Shown here piece after piece: positions 37,425 to 48,001 of a stretch of DNA of 64,000 nucleotides. A program made the position numbers and the translations under genes. Source of the DNA: an uncultured Opitutus sp. (lineage in GTDB: Bacteria > Verrucomicrobiota > Verrucomicrobiia > Opitutales > Opitutaceae); contig CAYZBG010000001.1 in the NCBI GenBank assembly GCA_964476565.1, positions 64,405-128,404 on the forward strand, written 5' to 3'. The notes under the pieces were generated by a model. It had not been told where the DNA came from, searched no databases, and saw nothing but the letters and a program-made list of their open reading frames with translations. Each line of letters opens with the position of its first letter. Position 1 is the stretch's first letter.

Positions 37425-37925
37425 TTGGTCCGGTTTCCAGGTCCTTCTCTTACCGTGCGCTTCCCCGTTCTCCTTGCCGCCTTGATTGCCCTCCTCGCCC
37501 TGACCGGTTGCGACTCGCTTCCGGCGCGGCTGTCAGATCGCTTTGCGAACGTAGCGCCCCAGGAACGCGAGATCGAGGCGGACCGAAGCGTGGTCTTTCA
37601 AGCCACCCAGCTGGCCTTCAAGAAGATCGGCTTCACGGTCGATCGCGCCCTTGAGGCCCAGGGTATAGTGGTGGCGCGGAGTAACTTGCGCTCGGACGAT
37701 GCCTTCGTGGGCGTGAGGCAGTACGAGATGGATGTCAAAGTGAGGGAGTTCGGTGAGGGTGCATCCAAAATCGCCATCCGACTGCAGGAGCAAGTGGAGG
37801 GTGAGGTCAAAGCCGGGGCGACGAGCCATGTCCTGCGTGAGCATGGCCTGTATGACTCGTTTTTCGCGGCCCTCGACGCTTCGTTGGCCGAGCTCAAGTC
37901 CGGCACGGACCAGCCGCGAAAGTAG
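37425..37925 (+). CDS. lipoprotein of unknown function
   Basis: The lipobox is LLALTGC. The alternative in-frame GTG at 37455 gives a more typical signal peptide. Confidence 0.6.
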   Translation: MVRFPGPSLTVRFPVLLAALIALLALTGCDSLPARLSDRFANVAPQEREIEADRSVVFQATQLAFKKIGFTVDRALEAQGIVVARSNLRSDDAFVGVRQYEMDVKVREFGEGASKIAIRLQEQVEGEVKAGATSHVLREHGLYDSFFAALDASLAELKSGTDQPRK

Positions 37926-38130
37926 GGCCTCGGTGCCGTACTTTCCGCTTGCTCCGAGCGTGGCGTTGCCGCGATTCTGACCGTTCGCGGCATTCGTTTC
38001 GGTCAGACCGGTGCCTCCGCCGCGGTGCTCCCACCGGTCTTACGTCAGTCAACCATCAACCAACGGCCCGCAAGGGTCATAACGGATGATCGGCGCTGCG
38101 GGGCAGGCGGCGTTTGTCCGTGTTTTCGTC

Positions 38131-39801
38131 ATGAGTTCCATCATGGAAGAACTGCTCGCGCAGTCGTCCTTCGATCAATTGAAGGAAGGCAGCATCGTGG
38201 CAGGGGTTATCACCGAAATCCGCCAAAACGAGGTCGTCGTCGACATCGGGGGCAAGTCCGAAGGCGTCGTCCCGGCCAATGAATTCATCGATCTCGGTGA
38301 GCTCCAGGTGGGCTCGCCGATCGAGGTCCTGATCGAAAAGGTCGAGGACAAGAACGGCAACCCCGTCATTTCCTACGACAAGGCGCAGCAGAAGAAGAAC
38401 TGGGAGAACATTCTCACCAAGTTCCCCGAAGGCTCCGTCGTCGCGGGCCGCGTCCGCGCCAAGGTCAAGGGCGGCCTGATCGTTTCGATCGGCGTCGACT
38501 CCTTCCTGCCGGCTTCGCACATCGATGTGCAGCCGCCCAAGAATCTCGACCAGTACGTGGGCCAGACCTACGACTTCAAGGTCCTCAAGATCAACCTCGA
38601 GCGCCAGAACATCGTCCTCTCCCGCCGCGAGCTCATCGAGCAGCAGCGCACCGAGAAGCGCCGCAACCTGCTCGACTCGATCCAGCCGGGCCAAGTCCGC
38701 AAGGGCGTGGTCAAGAACATCACCGACTTCGGCGCGTTCATCGACCTCGACGGCATGGACGGCCTGCTCCACATCACCGACATGTCGTGGGGCCGCATCG
38801 GTCACCCGTCCGAGATGCTCAAGCAGGGCGAGGAGATCGAGGTCATGGTCATCGACATCAACCGCGAGAAGGAGCGCGTCTCCCTCGGCCTCAAGCAGAC
38901 CAAGAACAACCCGTGGGACAACATCGACCACAAGTTCCCGGTCGGCGCCAAGGTCCGCGGCAAGGTCGTCAACCTCGTCCCCTACGGCGCGTTCATCGAG
39001 CTCGAGCCGGGCGTCGAGGGCCTCGTCCACATCACCGAGATGTCCTGGACCAAGCGCATCACCAAGCCCTCCGAGCTGCTCAAGGTCGGCCAGGAGCTCG
39101 ATGCGGTCGTCCTCGGCATCCAGAAGGACGAGCAGAAGATCTCGCTCGGCCTCCGCCAGCTCGAGCCGAACCCGTGGGACATGGTTCGCCACAACTACCC
39201 GATCGGCGCCCGCGTCCGCGGCAAGGTGCGCAACATGACCACCTACGGCGCCTTCATCGAACTCGAGGAAGGCATCGACGGTATGGTGCACGTCTCCGAC
39301 ATGTCGTGGACCCGCAAGGTCAACCACCCGTCGGAAGTGCTCAAGAAGGGCGACGAGGTCGACGCCATCGTGCTCGACGTCGATCCGAACCAGCAGCGCA
39401 TCAGCCTCGGCATGAAGCAGCTCGCCGTCGATCCGTGGACCGACATCGACAGCTTCTTCAAGATCGGCGACGTCGTGCAGGGAACCGTCACCAAGATCAC
39501 CTCCTTCGGCGCCTTCGTGGAGCTCAAGGACGGCATCGATGGCCTCGTGCACATCTCGCAGATCAGCGAGGAGCGCATCGAGAAGGTGAAGGACATCCTC
39601 AAGCCCGGCCAGCAGGTCACGGCCCGCGTCATCAAGATCGACCGCGACGAGCGCCGCCTCGGCCTCTCAATCAAGGCCGCCAACTACTCGGCCGACCAGC
39701 TGGCCGCGGAGACGGCGAGCTACGACGCGCTCAACCGCGACAGCTCCGGCGACATGATGAACCTCGGCGACATCCTCGACGAGGCCGCGAAGAAGGAATA
39801 A
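38131..39801 (+). CDS. rpsA: 30S ribosomal protein S1
   Basis: Six S1 domains with repeated G.V..I..FGAF(I/V) motifs. Confidence 0.95.
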   Translation: MSSIMEELLAQSSFDQLKEGSIVAGVITEIRQNEVVVDIGGKSEGVVPANEFIDLGELQVGSPIEVLIEKVEDKNGNPVISYDKAQQKKNWENILTKFPEGSVVAGRVRAKVKGGLIVSIGVDSFLPASHIDVQPPKNLDQYVGQTYDFKVLKINLERQNIVLSRRELIEQQRTEKRRNLLDSIQPGQVRKGVVKNITDFGAFIDLDGMDGLLHITDMSWGRIGHPSEMLKQGEEIEVMVIDINREKERVSLGLKQTKNNPWDNIDHKFPVGAKVRGKVVNLVPYGAFIELEPGVEGLVHITEMSWTKRITKPSELLKVGQELDAVVLGIQKDEQKISLGLRQLEPNPWDMVRHNYPIGARVRGKVRNMTTYGAFIELEEGIDGMVHVSDMSWTRKVNHPSEVLKKGDEVDAIVLDVDPNQQRISLGMKQLAVDPWTDIDSFFKIGDVVQGTVTKITSFGAFVELKDGIDGLVHISQISEERIEKVKDILKPGQQVTARVIKIDRDERRLGLSIKAANYSADQLAAETASYDALNRDSSGDMMNLGDILDEAAKKE

Positions 39802-39832
39802 GCCCCTTCGTCCTCATCCGCCCAGACTTCAA

Positions 39833-39863
39833 GGCGCCCGGAGCAATCCGGGCGCCTTTTTTT
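39833..39863 (+). terminator. rho-independent terminator after rpsA
   Basis: GGCGCCCGG-N6-CCGGGCGCC followed by TTTTTTT. Confidence 0.8.
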
Positions 39864-39978
39864 GTCCATTTCCCCGCGCGGGCCGTTGCTGTCGCTGGGC
39901 GTTCAGGCCGTGGGTCGTTTGGCTCAACGTCCGCGGCTGGTGGTGGGCGGCCTTACGGTGCCCCGCGGTGCCAAGGCC

Positions 39979-40344
39979 TCATGCTTCGCAGACGCCCCCT
40001 GGTACTTCGGGGCGAAGCTCGATCGAGCAGCCTGCGGCGAGGCCGGGAAACGAACGGGCGTAGGCGAGCGCGATGTCGTACGAGGAGCAGTCAATGCACT
40101 CGAGGCCGCCCAGGAATTCGCGCGTTTCGGCGAACGGCCCGTCAGTGACCGTGATCCGTTGGCCGTCGGACCGCACGGTCTTCGCGGTCGCGACCGGCTG
40201 CAGGCCGATCGCGGCGACGCCATGACCGTGCTTCAGGATGTCGGCGTGCCATTGCCCGCAGGCTGCGTGCACACGATTTTGCTCCTCGCGGGAGAGGCGT
40301 CCGAAGCGGACTGGATCAACGTAGATCAAGAGGGAGTACTTCAT
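39979..40344 (-). CDS. YCII-related (DGPF) domain protein
   Basis: From ATG 40344: MKYSLLIY...VTDGPFAETREFLGG. Confidence 0.7.
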   Translation of the reverse strand: MKYSLLIYVDPVRFGRLSREEQNRVHAACGQWHADILKHGHGVAAIGLQPVATAKTVRSDGQRITVTDGPFAETREFLGGLECIDCSSYDIALAYARSFPGLAAGCSIELRPEVPGGVCEA

Positions 40345-40531
40345 GAGACCGGGAGAGGTTTGTCCTGGTCGAACGGATCGAGCCGATTTCGACCGGCACC
40401 GACGATTGACGCCACGATCGGGCCGGCCTTCGAGCGGGAAAGGGCCGCCTCGCTGGGAACTGCTCGGCGGTACGGCATAAAAAAGGCGGCAACCCCGAGG
40501 TTGCCGCCAGAAAACCACGCAAAGGAAATGC

Positions 40532-41608
40532 TCAGTTGCGCCCGGATTTGCCCGGCTTGGCACTGCGCGCCTCGATGAACTCGCGGATCACCTCCATGCG
40601 CTTCCGCTGCACCTCCTCCTGCTCAATTTCCTCGAGCGAGAGTTGGGCTTCATTGCGGGCGATGGCCTTCCGCATCTTTGACAAAGCGATGTTCTGCAGC
40701 TGCCGGATGCGTTCACGCGTCACCTTGAATTTACGCCCGACTTCTTCGAGCGTGAGCTCGTCGTAACCGTCGAGGCCGAAACGATAGCGGAGGATCTCTG
40801 CTTCGCGAGGTTCGAGGGAATCGATCATCGAGTGCAGGTCGGAGGTGCGGGTGCGTTCGCTGAGCGACTCAAACGGGCTTGCGGCGTTCTCGTCACCGAC
40901 GATGTCGCCGAAGGTGCCGGAGTCGCCGTCTTCGCCGATCGGGGCGTCGAGCGACGTCGGGCGGACGCTGACCGACTTCAAATGCGCGACCTTGTTGGTC
41001 GGGATCTGGAGCTCCATGGCGAGCTCTTCATCGGTGGGCTCGCGGCCGAGTTCCTCGGTCAAGGCCATGGCCGTGCGGCGCATCTTGGCGATCTTGTCGA
41101 CCAGGTGCACGGGCAGGCGGATCGTCTTCGACTGATTGGCGAGGGCGCGCTTGATCGACTGCTTGATCCACCATGCGGCGTAGGTGGAGAGCTTGCCACC
41201 CTTGCGCGGGTCGAAGCGTTCCACCGCCTTGATCAAGCCAATGTTGCCTTCGCTGATCAGGTCGAGGAGCGGGAGGCCGAAATCCTTGTAGTCCATCGCG
41301 ATCTTAACGACCAGACGGAGGTTGGCAGAGATCATGTGATCCCGAGCGGCCTTGTCGCCCTTGCGGATGCGCTTCGCCAAACTGACCTCTTCCGCCGGAG
41401 TCAGAAGGGGAGTCTTGCCAATCTCCTGCAGATAAAGCTGGAGATTGCTGCGCTCGAGCGGACCGGTGTCCCGGCTGGCGGGCTCGTTCTTTTCGAGGAA
41501 AGAGGGAGGGGCGTCCGGCGCTGCCGTGACCACCGCTTGGGTCGGCTCGGAGGATTCAACTTCGTCGGCGTCGGCGTACTTGCGGGAAGTGTTCGAGAGG
41601 GAAGCCAT
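40532..41608 (-). CDS. rpoD: RNA polymerase sigma-70 factor (primary-like)
   Basis: Region 2 reads ANLRLVVKIAMDY...LISEGNIGLIKAVERFD...STYAAWWIKQSI. Regions 3 and 4 are conserved. Confidence 0.9.
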   Translation of the reverse strand: MASLSNTSRKYADADEVESSEPTQAVVTAAPDAPPSFLEKNEPASRDTGPLERSNLQLYLQEIGKTPLLTPAEEVSLAKRIRKGDKAARDHMISANLRLVVKIAMDYKDFGLPLLDLISEGNIGLIKAVERFDPRKGGKLSTYAAWWIKQSIKRALANQSKTIRLPVHLVDKIAKMRRTAMALTEELGREPTDEELAMELQIPTNKVAHLKSVSVRPTSLDAPIGEDGDSGTFGDIVGDENAASPFESLSERTRTSDLHSMIDSLEPREAEILRYRFGLDGYDELTLEEVGRKFKVTRERIRQLQNIALSKMRKAIARNEAQLSLEEIEQEEVQRKRMEVIREFIEARSAKPGKSGRN

Positions 41609-41980
41609 GACGTAGGGGAGCTTTCAGGTGGGAGGTGGCGGAGGTGGAAAAAATTCCCGGACCGTTTTCTTTTTGACAGAAGGGGAGCGTAAATCGTTCC
41701 AGCGGGTTTGCTTGGCCTTTCACCTCTGGGGGCGATCGACCGGGCAAACCGTCCGAGGGCCACGATGGCTCATGGGGACCGGCCAAAGAGACCCGTTTGT
41801 CCCATTTGCGTCGTTTCATAGAAGAAACGAACCAGCGTCCGCAGCGGATGCGGAGACCGTGCGAAATTTTTGGCGGTTCGTCGCGAGGTGCCTGCGAACG
41901 CGCGGGTTGGAACGCCGGTCACTCCGTCAGAGGACCTCTTGCCACACCAAACCTAGGGACGGACCGGGGAAGGGTGCGGC

Positions 41981-43462
41981 TTACAACCGCTCCGCCATGG
42001 CGGCCGCCTTGAAGAGAGCGGACGCCTTGTTGATGGTTTCCTGATATTCGGACACAGGCACGCTGTCGGCCACGACGCCTGCACCGGCTTGAATGTGGAG
42101 CTGCCCGTCCTTGAGCAAGGAGGTGCGCAGCATGATGCACGAGTCGAGATTGCCGTCGTAGCCAAAGTAACCGAGCGCGCCCGCGTAGAAGCCGCGTTGC
42201 GTCGGTTCGTTCTCGGCGATGATCTGCATGGCCCGGATTTTGGGCGCACCGCTGACCGTGCCGGCGGGGAAGGTGGCGCGCATCAAGTCGTAGGCGTTGT
42301 GTTCGGGGGCGATGGTACCTTCCACCTGGGACACGATGTGCATCACGTGGGAGTAGCGTTCGACCACCATCATTTCCGGCACATGCACCGAGCCATAGGC
42401 GCAGACCCGGCCAATGTCGTTGCGGGCGAGGTCGACCAACATGAGGTGCTCGGCCCGTTCTTTCTCGTCCGCCAGCAATTCCTTTTCCAGGGCAAGATCC
42501 TCCGCCGGGGTGGTGCCGCGCTTGCGCGTGCCGGCAATCGGACGAATCTCCACGCGTCCGTCCGTCAGCCGGACGTGGACTTCCGGTGACGCGCCCACGA
42601 TCGCATACTCGCCGGTCTCGAGGATGAAGGTGTAAGGGCTCGGATTGACCGTGCGCAGCGCACGGTAGAGATCGAGTGCCGGACGCTTGAATGGTTTGGA
42701 GAAACGCTGCGATGGCACCACTTGGATGATGTCGCCGGAGCGAATGAATTCCTGGGTCGACTCGACCACCTGCTCGAACCGTTCCTGGGTGAAGTTGCCG
42801 GGCGGAACCTTGCCGGGTGGCGTGTCGACCAGCGGGGCGGGCGCGAGGGCGCGGGGCTGGCGGAGGAGGCCAAACAGATGCTCGAGCTCACGCACGGCCT
42901 GGGTGTAGGCCGCTCCCGCGTCGTCCTTGATGTGGGCGTTGACGCAGAGGCGGAGGGTTTGTTTCGCGCGATCGAAGATCAGCAGCGAATCCGAGAGCAT
43001 GAAATAGAGCAGGGGGAGACCGAGTTCGTCCTTCTTCGCCGCGGGCACGGTCGACTCGATCCGGGTCACGTATTCATAGGCGATGAAGCCGACGGCTCCG
43101 CCGGTGAAACGTGGCAACCCGGGCAGGCGTACCGCCTTGTGGCCGCGCATCTCCGCTTCGATCAGGCTCAGCGGATCCTTTGGCGTAGGAACCGTCCGGC
43201 TTGCTCGGCCGGGCTCACGGATCTCGGTCGTTTCGGATCCGCAGGCAAAGATCTTGCGCGGGCGGCAGCCGATGAAGCTGTAACGGGAAAGATTCTCCCC
43301 GCCTTCGACCGATTCGAGCAGGTAGGAGGGGCCGCCTTCCCGAAGTTTCGCGTACGCCGAGACCGGGGTCTCGAAATCCGCCATCAGATCGGTGTAGACG
43401 GGAATGACGTTGCCTTGCCGGCTGAGCTCCAGGAAAGCCTCGCGGGTCGGAAAGATGGTCAT
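41981..43462 (-). CDS. trpE: anthranilate synthase component I
   Basis: Full-length TrpE similarity (LLESVEGGE...GAPKIRAMQII...). Confidence 0.93.
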   Translation of the reverse strand: MTIFPTREAFLELSRQGNVIPVYTDLMADFETPVSAYAKLREGGPSYLLESVEGGENLSRYSFIGCRPRKIFACGSETTEIREPGRASRTVPTPKDPLSLIEAEMRGHKAVRLPGLPRFTGGAVGFIAYEYVTRIESTVPAAKKDELGLPLLYFMLSDSLLIFDRAKQTLRLCVNAHIKDDAGAAYTQAVRELEHLFGLLRQPRALAPAPLVDTPPGKVPPGNFTQERFEQVVESTQEFIRSGDIIQVVPSQRFSKPFKRPALDLYRALRTVNPSPYTFILETGEYAIVGASPEVHVRLTDGRVEIRPIAGTRKRGTTPAEDLALEKELLADEKERAEHLMLVDLARNDIGRVCAYGSVHVPEMMVVERYSHVMHIVSQVEGTIAPEHNAYDLMRATFPAGTVSGAPKIRAMQIIAENEPTQRGFYAGALGYFGYDGNLDSCIMLRTSLLKDGQLHIQAGAGVVADSVPVSEYQETINKASALFKAAAMAERL

Positions 43463-43470
43463 ACGTGGGA

Positions 43471-43596
43471 GAGTAGCGAGTAGCGGGTAGCGGGTAGCGA
43501 GTAGAAAAAGGCAACCTGGACCCGCGAGGGCAGGTCGCGAGGAGTTGCTTAAGGCCGGCGATATGCTCGCTGCCCGCTACCGACTACTCGCTACTG
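43471..43596. repeat. inverted arrays of tandem heptamers (GTAGCGR units) forming a ~32-bp near-perfect stem around a ~60-nt spacer
   Basis: The left arm reads GAGTAGCGAGTAGCGGGTAGCGGGTAGCGAGTAG. The reverse complement of the right arm reads GTCAGTAGCGAGTAGTCGGTAGCGGGCAGCGAG, with only ~2 mismatches across the shared part. Confidence 0.75.
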
Positions 43597-43605
43597 ACTT
43601 TCTCC

Positions 43606-45456
43606 TCACTCCACCGTGACGGACTTGGCAAGATTGCGCGGCTTGTCCACGTCGCAGCCGCGCGCGACGGCGATGTAATAGCTCAGCAACTGCACCGGCA
43701 CCGTGGCGATGACCGGCAGCACGGCCTCATGGCAGTCCGGGATGAGGATGATCTCGTCCGCGAGCCCCGGCGGCAGTTCACAGCCCTCGGTCAGGATGGC
43801 GATGATCTTTCCTTTGCGTGCCTTGATCTCCTGCATCGATGACACGAGCTTGTTGAAGATCTCGCCCTTGGGCACGAAGAAGACCGACGGGCAGTCCTCG
43901 CTGATCAGGGCAATCGGACCGTGCTTCATCTCGGCCGCGGGATAGCCCTCGGCGTGGATGTAGGAGATCTCCTTGAGCTTGAGGGCCCCTTCGAGCGCGA
44001 TCGGGAAAAGCGAGAGGCGCCCGAGGAACAGGAAGTCGTTGTAATGGGCGTACCGCTGCGCGATCTCCCGGATGCGCGGGGCCTGTTCCAGCGTGTGGCG
44101 TACGAGGTCCGGCACCCCCTTGAGCGCATTCACATATTGGATACCGTCGCTGAAGCTCATGTCCCGCATCCGCGCCACATAGAGGGCGAACATGGCGGAG
44201 ATGAGCAGCTGCGAGGTGAACGCCTTGGTCGAGGCGACGCCGATCTCCGGCCCGGCATGCTGGTAGATGCCGCCGTCGGACTCGCGTGCGATCGTCGAGC
44301 CCACGCCGTTGCAGATCGCCATGACCTTGTACCCCTTGCGCTTCGCCTCGCGCAGGGCCGCCAGGGTGTCGATCGTTTCACCTGACTGGCTGATCACGAA
44401 GAAGAGCGAATGCGGATCGAGTGGCGAGTTGCGGTACCGGAACTCGGACGCGTAATCCACTTCGACCGGGACCCGCGCGAACCGCTCGATCAGGTGCTCG
44501 GCGACGAGACATGCGTGCCAGGCCGAGCCACAGGAGCAGAACACAAACCGGTCGATGGCCCGGAAGTCCGCCGCCGTGAGATTGAGACCACCGAAGTTCG
44601 CCGTACTGCCGTCCTCGGAGAAGCGTCCGCGCATGGCATTCTCGAGCGCCGCGGGCTGCTCGAAAATTTCCTTCTCCATGAAGTGCTCGTGGATGCCTTT
44701 TTCCGCGGCCTCGATTGACCAGGTGACCTTGTCGATCACCGGTGCGACGTCCGCCTGATCCAGGGTGGTGATGGAAAAGTCCTTCGCCGTGACGTGGACG
44801 ATCTCGCCGTCCTTCAGGTAAACGACGTTCTGCGTTCGGCTGACCAACGCGGAGACGTCCGAGGCGATGATGTTTTCGTCGACGCCTACTCCGAGGATGA
44901 GGGGCGAACCCTTACGGGCCGCGACGATCTCGCCGGGAACGTCGGTGCACAGCACGGCAATGCCGTAGGTGCCTTCGACATGGTAGAGCGTCTTGCGCAC
45001 GGCTTCGAGGAACCGGCTACCCTCGGCGGGTTGCGGCTCTTTGGCGTAATGATACGCGACGAGATTGGTCAGCACCTCCGTGTCGGTCTCGGATTTGAAG
45101 GTGTATCCCTTGGTCAGGAGGAAGCGTTTGATGGCATCGTAGTTCTCGATCACGCCGTTGTGCACGAGGGCGATCTTGTCGTCGCTGCTGAGATGTGGGT
45201 GCGCGTTTGCATCGCTGACGCCGCCGTGGGTCGCCCAACGGGTGTGGCTGATGCCCGTCGTGCCCACCAGGGCGTGCCGCGCCGCCTCCTTGGCCAGCAC
45301 CGCCACGCGGCCGGCCTTCTTCGCCACCTCAATGCGACCGTTTTGCTGGATCGCCACACCGGCGGAATCGTAGCCGCGGTATTCGAGACGCTTGAGTCCC
45401 TCGATGAGAATGCCCGCAGCCTTCTGTTTGCCGACGTAACCAATAATTCCGCACAT
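43606..45456 (-). CDS. glmS: glutamine--fructose-6-phosphate aminotransferase
   Basis: An MCGIIGY N-terminus, SIS domains and a C-terminal ...KSVTVE. Confidence 0.96.
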   Translation of the reverse strand: MCGIIGYVGKQKAAGILIEGLKRLEYRGYDSAGVAIQQNGRIEVAKKAGRVAVLAKEAARHALVGTTGISHTRWATHGGVSDANAHPHLSSDDKIALVHNGVIENYDAIKRFLLTKGYTFKSETDTEVLTNLVAYHYAKEPQPAEGSRFLEAVRKTLYHVEGTYGIAVLCTDVPGEIVAARKGSPLILGVGVDENIIASDVSALVSRTQNVVYLKDGEIVHVTAKDFSITTLDQADVAPVIDKVTWSIEAAEKGIHEHFMEKEIFEQPAALENAMRGRFSEDGSTANFGGLNLTAADFRAIDRFVFCSCGSAWHACLVAEHLIERFARVPVEVDYASEFRYRNSPLDPHSLFFVISQSGETIDTLAALREAKRKGYKVMAICNGVGSTIARESDGGIYQHAGPEIGVASTKAFTSQLLISAMFALYVARMRDMSFSDGIQYVNALKGVPDLVRHTLEQAPRIREIAQRYAHYNDFLFLGRLSLFPIALEGALKLKEISYIHAEGYPAAEMKHGPIALISEDCPSVFFVPKGEIFNKLVSSMQEIKARKGKIIAILTEGCELPPGLADEIILIPDCHEAVLPVIATVPVQLLSYYIAVARGCDVDKPRNLAKSVTVE

Positions 45457-45529
45457 AGTTTTACCCGTTTAAGCTCGCGAAGATAGGGGCCGCGCGGAAA
45501 CTCGAGCAAGTCAATAGACCCCAGACCTC

Positions 45530-46819
45530 ATGAGTACTCAGAAAAAGGTGATGGCTGTAATCATGGGCGGCGGACGCGGCACGCGTTTGCACCCTTTGAC
45601 CATGGAGCGCTGCAAACCGGCGGTACCCCTCGCCGGCAAGTACCGGCTCGTGGATATCCCGATCAGCAACTGCATTAACTCGGAGATCAACCGCATCTTC
45701 CTGCTGACGCAGTTTCACACCGCCTCGCTACATCGCCACATCCAGTCGACCTATCATTTCGATCCGTTTGGTGGCGGATTCGTGGACATCCTCTCCGCCG
45801 AGCAGACGGAGAAGAATGCGGACTGGTATCAGGGCACGGCGGACGCCGTTCGGCGCAATCTTCAGCATTTCCGCAACTTCCCCCACGACTATGTGCTGAT
45901 CCTGTCCGGCGATCAGCTCTACCGCATGGACTTCCGCAAGATCATCGCCGAACACGCGGCGAGCGGTGCCGACGTCACCATTGCGGCGATACCGTTCCCG
46001 GTGTCCAAGGTGGAGGGACTCGGTCTGATGAAGGTGGACGACACGCTGGCCATCCAGCAGTTCGTGGAGAAGCCGAAGGATCCGGCCGTGATCAACAGTC
46101 TGACCCTCAGCCCCGCGCTGGAGTCGAAGCTGCAGGCGGCCCAGCAGGGTGAGAAGCACTGTCTCGCCTCCATGGGCATTTATGTGTTCAACCGCGCGGC
46201 TCTGGCCGAAGCGCTGGCGAACACGATGACCGATTTCGGCAAGGAGGTCATTCCCAGCCTGCTGGGGCGGAAAAAGCTGAATGCCCATGTCTTCGAGGGC
46301 TATTGGGAGGACATCGGTACCGTCCGTGCGTTCTTTGACGCCAATCTCGCGCTGGCCCAGCCGCTGCCGCCATTCAATTTCTTCGATGCGACGGCCCCGA
46401 TCTACACCCAGGATCGCTATCTGCCGGCGTCGAAGATCAACAAGTGCTCGGTCGATTACGTCGTGATCGGCGACGGTTCGATCGTGGAGGACTCCTACCT
46501 CAAGCACAGCCTGCTTGGCATCCGCTCCTTTGTGCGCGCGGGCTGCAACCTCGAGGACGTCGTGATGATGGGGGCGGATTACTACGAGATGGACGACCAG
46601 ATTGCGGCCAACGCCCGGCAGGGAGTGCCCAACCTGGGCTTGGGCAACAATTGCCGGATCCGCGGTGCGATCATCGACAAGAACGCCCGTATCGGAAATA
46701 ATGTTACACTGTCACCCGACGGCAAAGCGGACGGCACGTACGCGCACGGTGTCGTGGTTCGCGACGGCGTGCTGGTGGTGCCGAAGGGCGTGGTGGTTCC
46801 GGACGGAACGACGATCTAA
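45530..46819 (+). CDS. glgC: glucose-1-phosphate adenylyltransferase
   Basis: IMGGGRGTRLHPLT..RCKPAVPLAGKYRLVDIPISNCINS. Confidence 0.93.
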   Translation: MSTQKKVMAVIMGGGRGTRLHPLTMERCKPAVPLAGKYRLVDIPISNCINSEINRIFLLTQFHTASLHRHIQSTYHFDPFGGGFVDILSAEQTEKNADWYQGTADAVRRNLQHFRNFPHDYVLILSGDQLYRMDFRKIIAEHAASGADVTIAAIPFPVSKVEGLGLMKVDDTLAIQQFVEKPKDPAVINSLTLSPALESKLQAAQQGEKHCLASMGIYVFNRAALAEALANTMTDFGKEVIPSLLGRKKLNAHVFEGYWEDIGTVRAFFDANLALAQPLPPFNFFDATAPIYTQDRYLPASKINKCSVDYVVIGDGSIVEDSYLKHSLLGIRSFVRAGCNLEDVVMMGADYYEMDDQIAANARQGVPNLGLGNNCRIRGAIIDKNARIGNNVTLSPDGKADGTYAHGVVVRDGVLVVPKGVVVPDGTTI

Positions 46820-46897
46820 ACCGGCGCGGCGGCCATCCGGCCGCCGCGGCTCTGATGCGTTGATTCGTCGTCGGAGTACCGGCCGCTCTGTTCCGGA

Positions 46898-48001
46898 TCA
46901 GGTGTTGAACCGGAACAGCGCGACGTCGCCGTCGGCAAAAACGTAGTCCTTGCCTTCCAGGCGATATTTTCCCGCTTCGCGGGCGGCGGCGACACTGCCG
47001 AGGCGGGTGAGGTCCTCGTAGGACACGACTTCCGCCTTGATAAAGCCTTTCTCGAAATCCGTGTGGATCACCCCGGCGGCCTGGGGCGCCTTCCAGCCCT
47101 TCTTGATGGTCCAGGCCCGAACCTCCTTTTCGCCGGCCGTGAAATAGGTTTGCAGGCCCAGCAGGGCGTACGTGGCCTTGATCAGCGCCGAGACGCCGGA
47201 GTCGTCGACGCCGAGATCCTTGAGAAACGCCTTGGCCTCGTCCGGCGCTAGGTCGATGAGCTCTGATTCGATGCGTGCGCTGATCGGCACGTAGGCGGCG
47301 TCGTGGTGGGTGCGCACGTACTCGGCGACCTTCTTGACGTGCGGATTCTCCTCGGCCGTGGCGAGGTCGCTTTCGGCCACGTTGCACGCGAAGAGCACGG
47401 GCTTGGCGGTGAGCAGCTGAAAGAGCTTCATCAGCGCCTTTTCATCGTCGCTGGCGGCGAGGGTGTTGGCCGTCCGGCCCTCGTTGAGATGCGGCGACAG
47501 TTTCTCGAGCAGGGCGAGCTCGGCCTGTGCCTCCTTGTCGCCCGATTTCGCCTTCTTCTGCGTCTTGTCGATGCGTTTGGTCACGGCGTCGAGGTCGGCG
47601 AGCACCAGCTCCGTGGTGATCACTTCGATGTCCCGCACTGGATCGACGTTCCCCATCGTATGGATCACATCGCCATCCTCAAAACAGCGCACCACCTGGA
47701 CGATGGCGTCGACCTCCCGGATGTTGGCGAGGAACTGGTTGCCCAAGCCTTCGCCCTTGCTGGCGCCGGCGACCAGACCGGCGATGTCCACAAACTCGAT
47801 CGCCGCCGGAATGACGACGTTGGTCTTGGCGATCTTCTGCAGCACGTACGCGCGTTCGTCGGGTACCATCACCACCCCGACATTCGGGTCGATGGTGCAG
47901 AACGGGTAGTTGGCCGCCTCCGCCTTGCGCGAGCGGGTGAGGGCGTTGAAGAGAGTGGACTTGCCTACGTTGGGCAGACCGACGATGCCGGCTTTGAGCA
48001 T
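46898..48001 (-). CDS. ychF: redox-regulated ATPase YchF
   Basis: From ATG 48001: [22 protein letters not shown]. The C-terminal TGS-like region ends [10 protein letters not shown]. Confidence 0.93.
   Translation of the reverse strand: MLKAGIVGLPNVGKSTLFNALTRSRKAEAANYPFCTIDPNVGVVMVPDERAYVLQKIAKTNVVIPAAIEFVDIAGLVAGASKGEGLGNQFLANIREVDAIVQVVRCFEDGDVIHTMGNVDPVRDIEVITTELVLADLDAVTKRIDKTQKKAKSGDKEAQAELALLEKLSPHLNEGRTANTLAASDDEKALMKLFQLLTAKPVLFACNVAESDLATAEENPHVKKVAEYVRTHHDAAYVPISARIESELIDLAPDEAKAFLKDLGVDDSGVSALIKATYALLGLQTYFTAGEKEVRAWTIKKGWKAPQAAGVIHTDFEKGFIKAEVVSYEDLTRLGSVAAAREAGKYRLEGKDYVFADGDVALFRFNT

Noticed and set aside
43463-43605. A classical trp attenuator with leader peptide upstream of trpE.
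   Set aside because: No short ORF with Trp codons is present in the leader. The only structure is the heptamer-array hairpin.
45457-45529. A glmS ribozyme upstream of glmS.
   Set aside because: Only 73 nt separate glmS from the divergent glgC. That is too short for the ~170-nt ribozyme, and no conserved core is recognisable.
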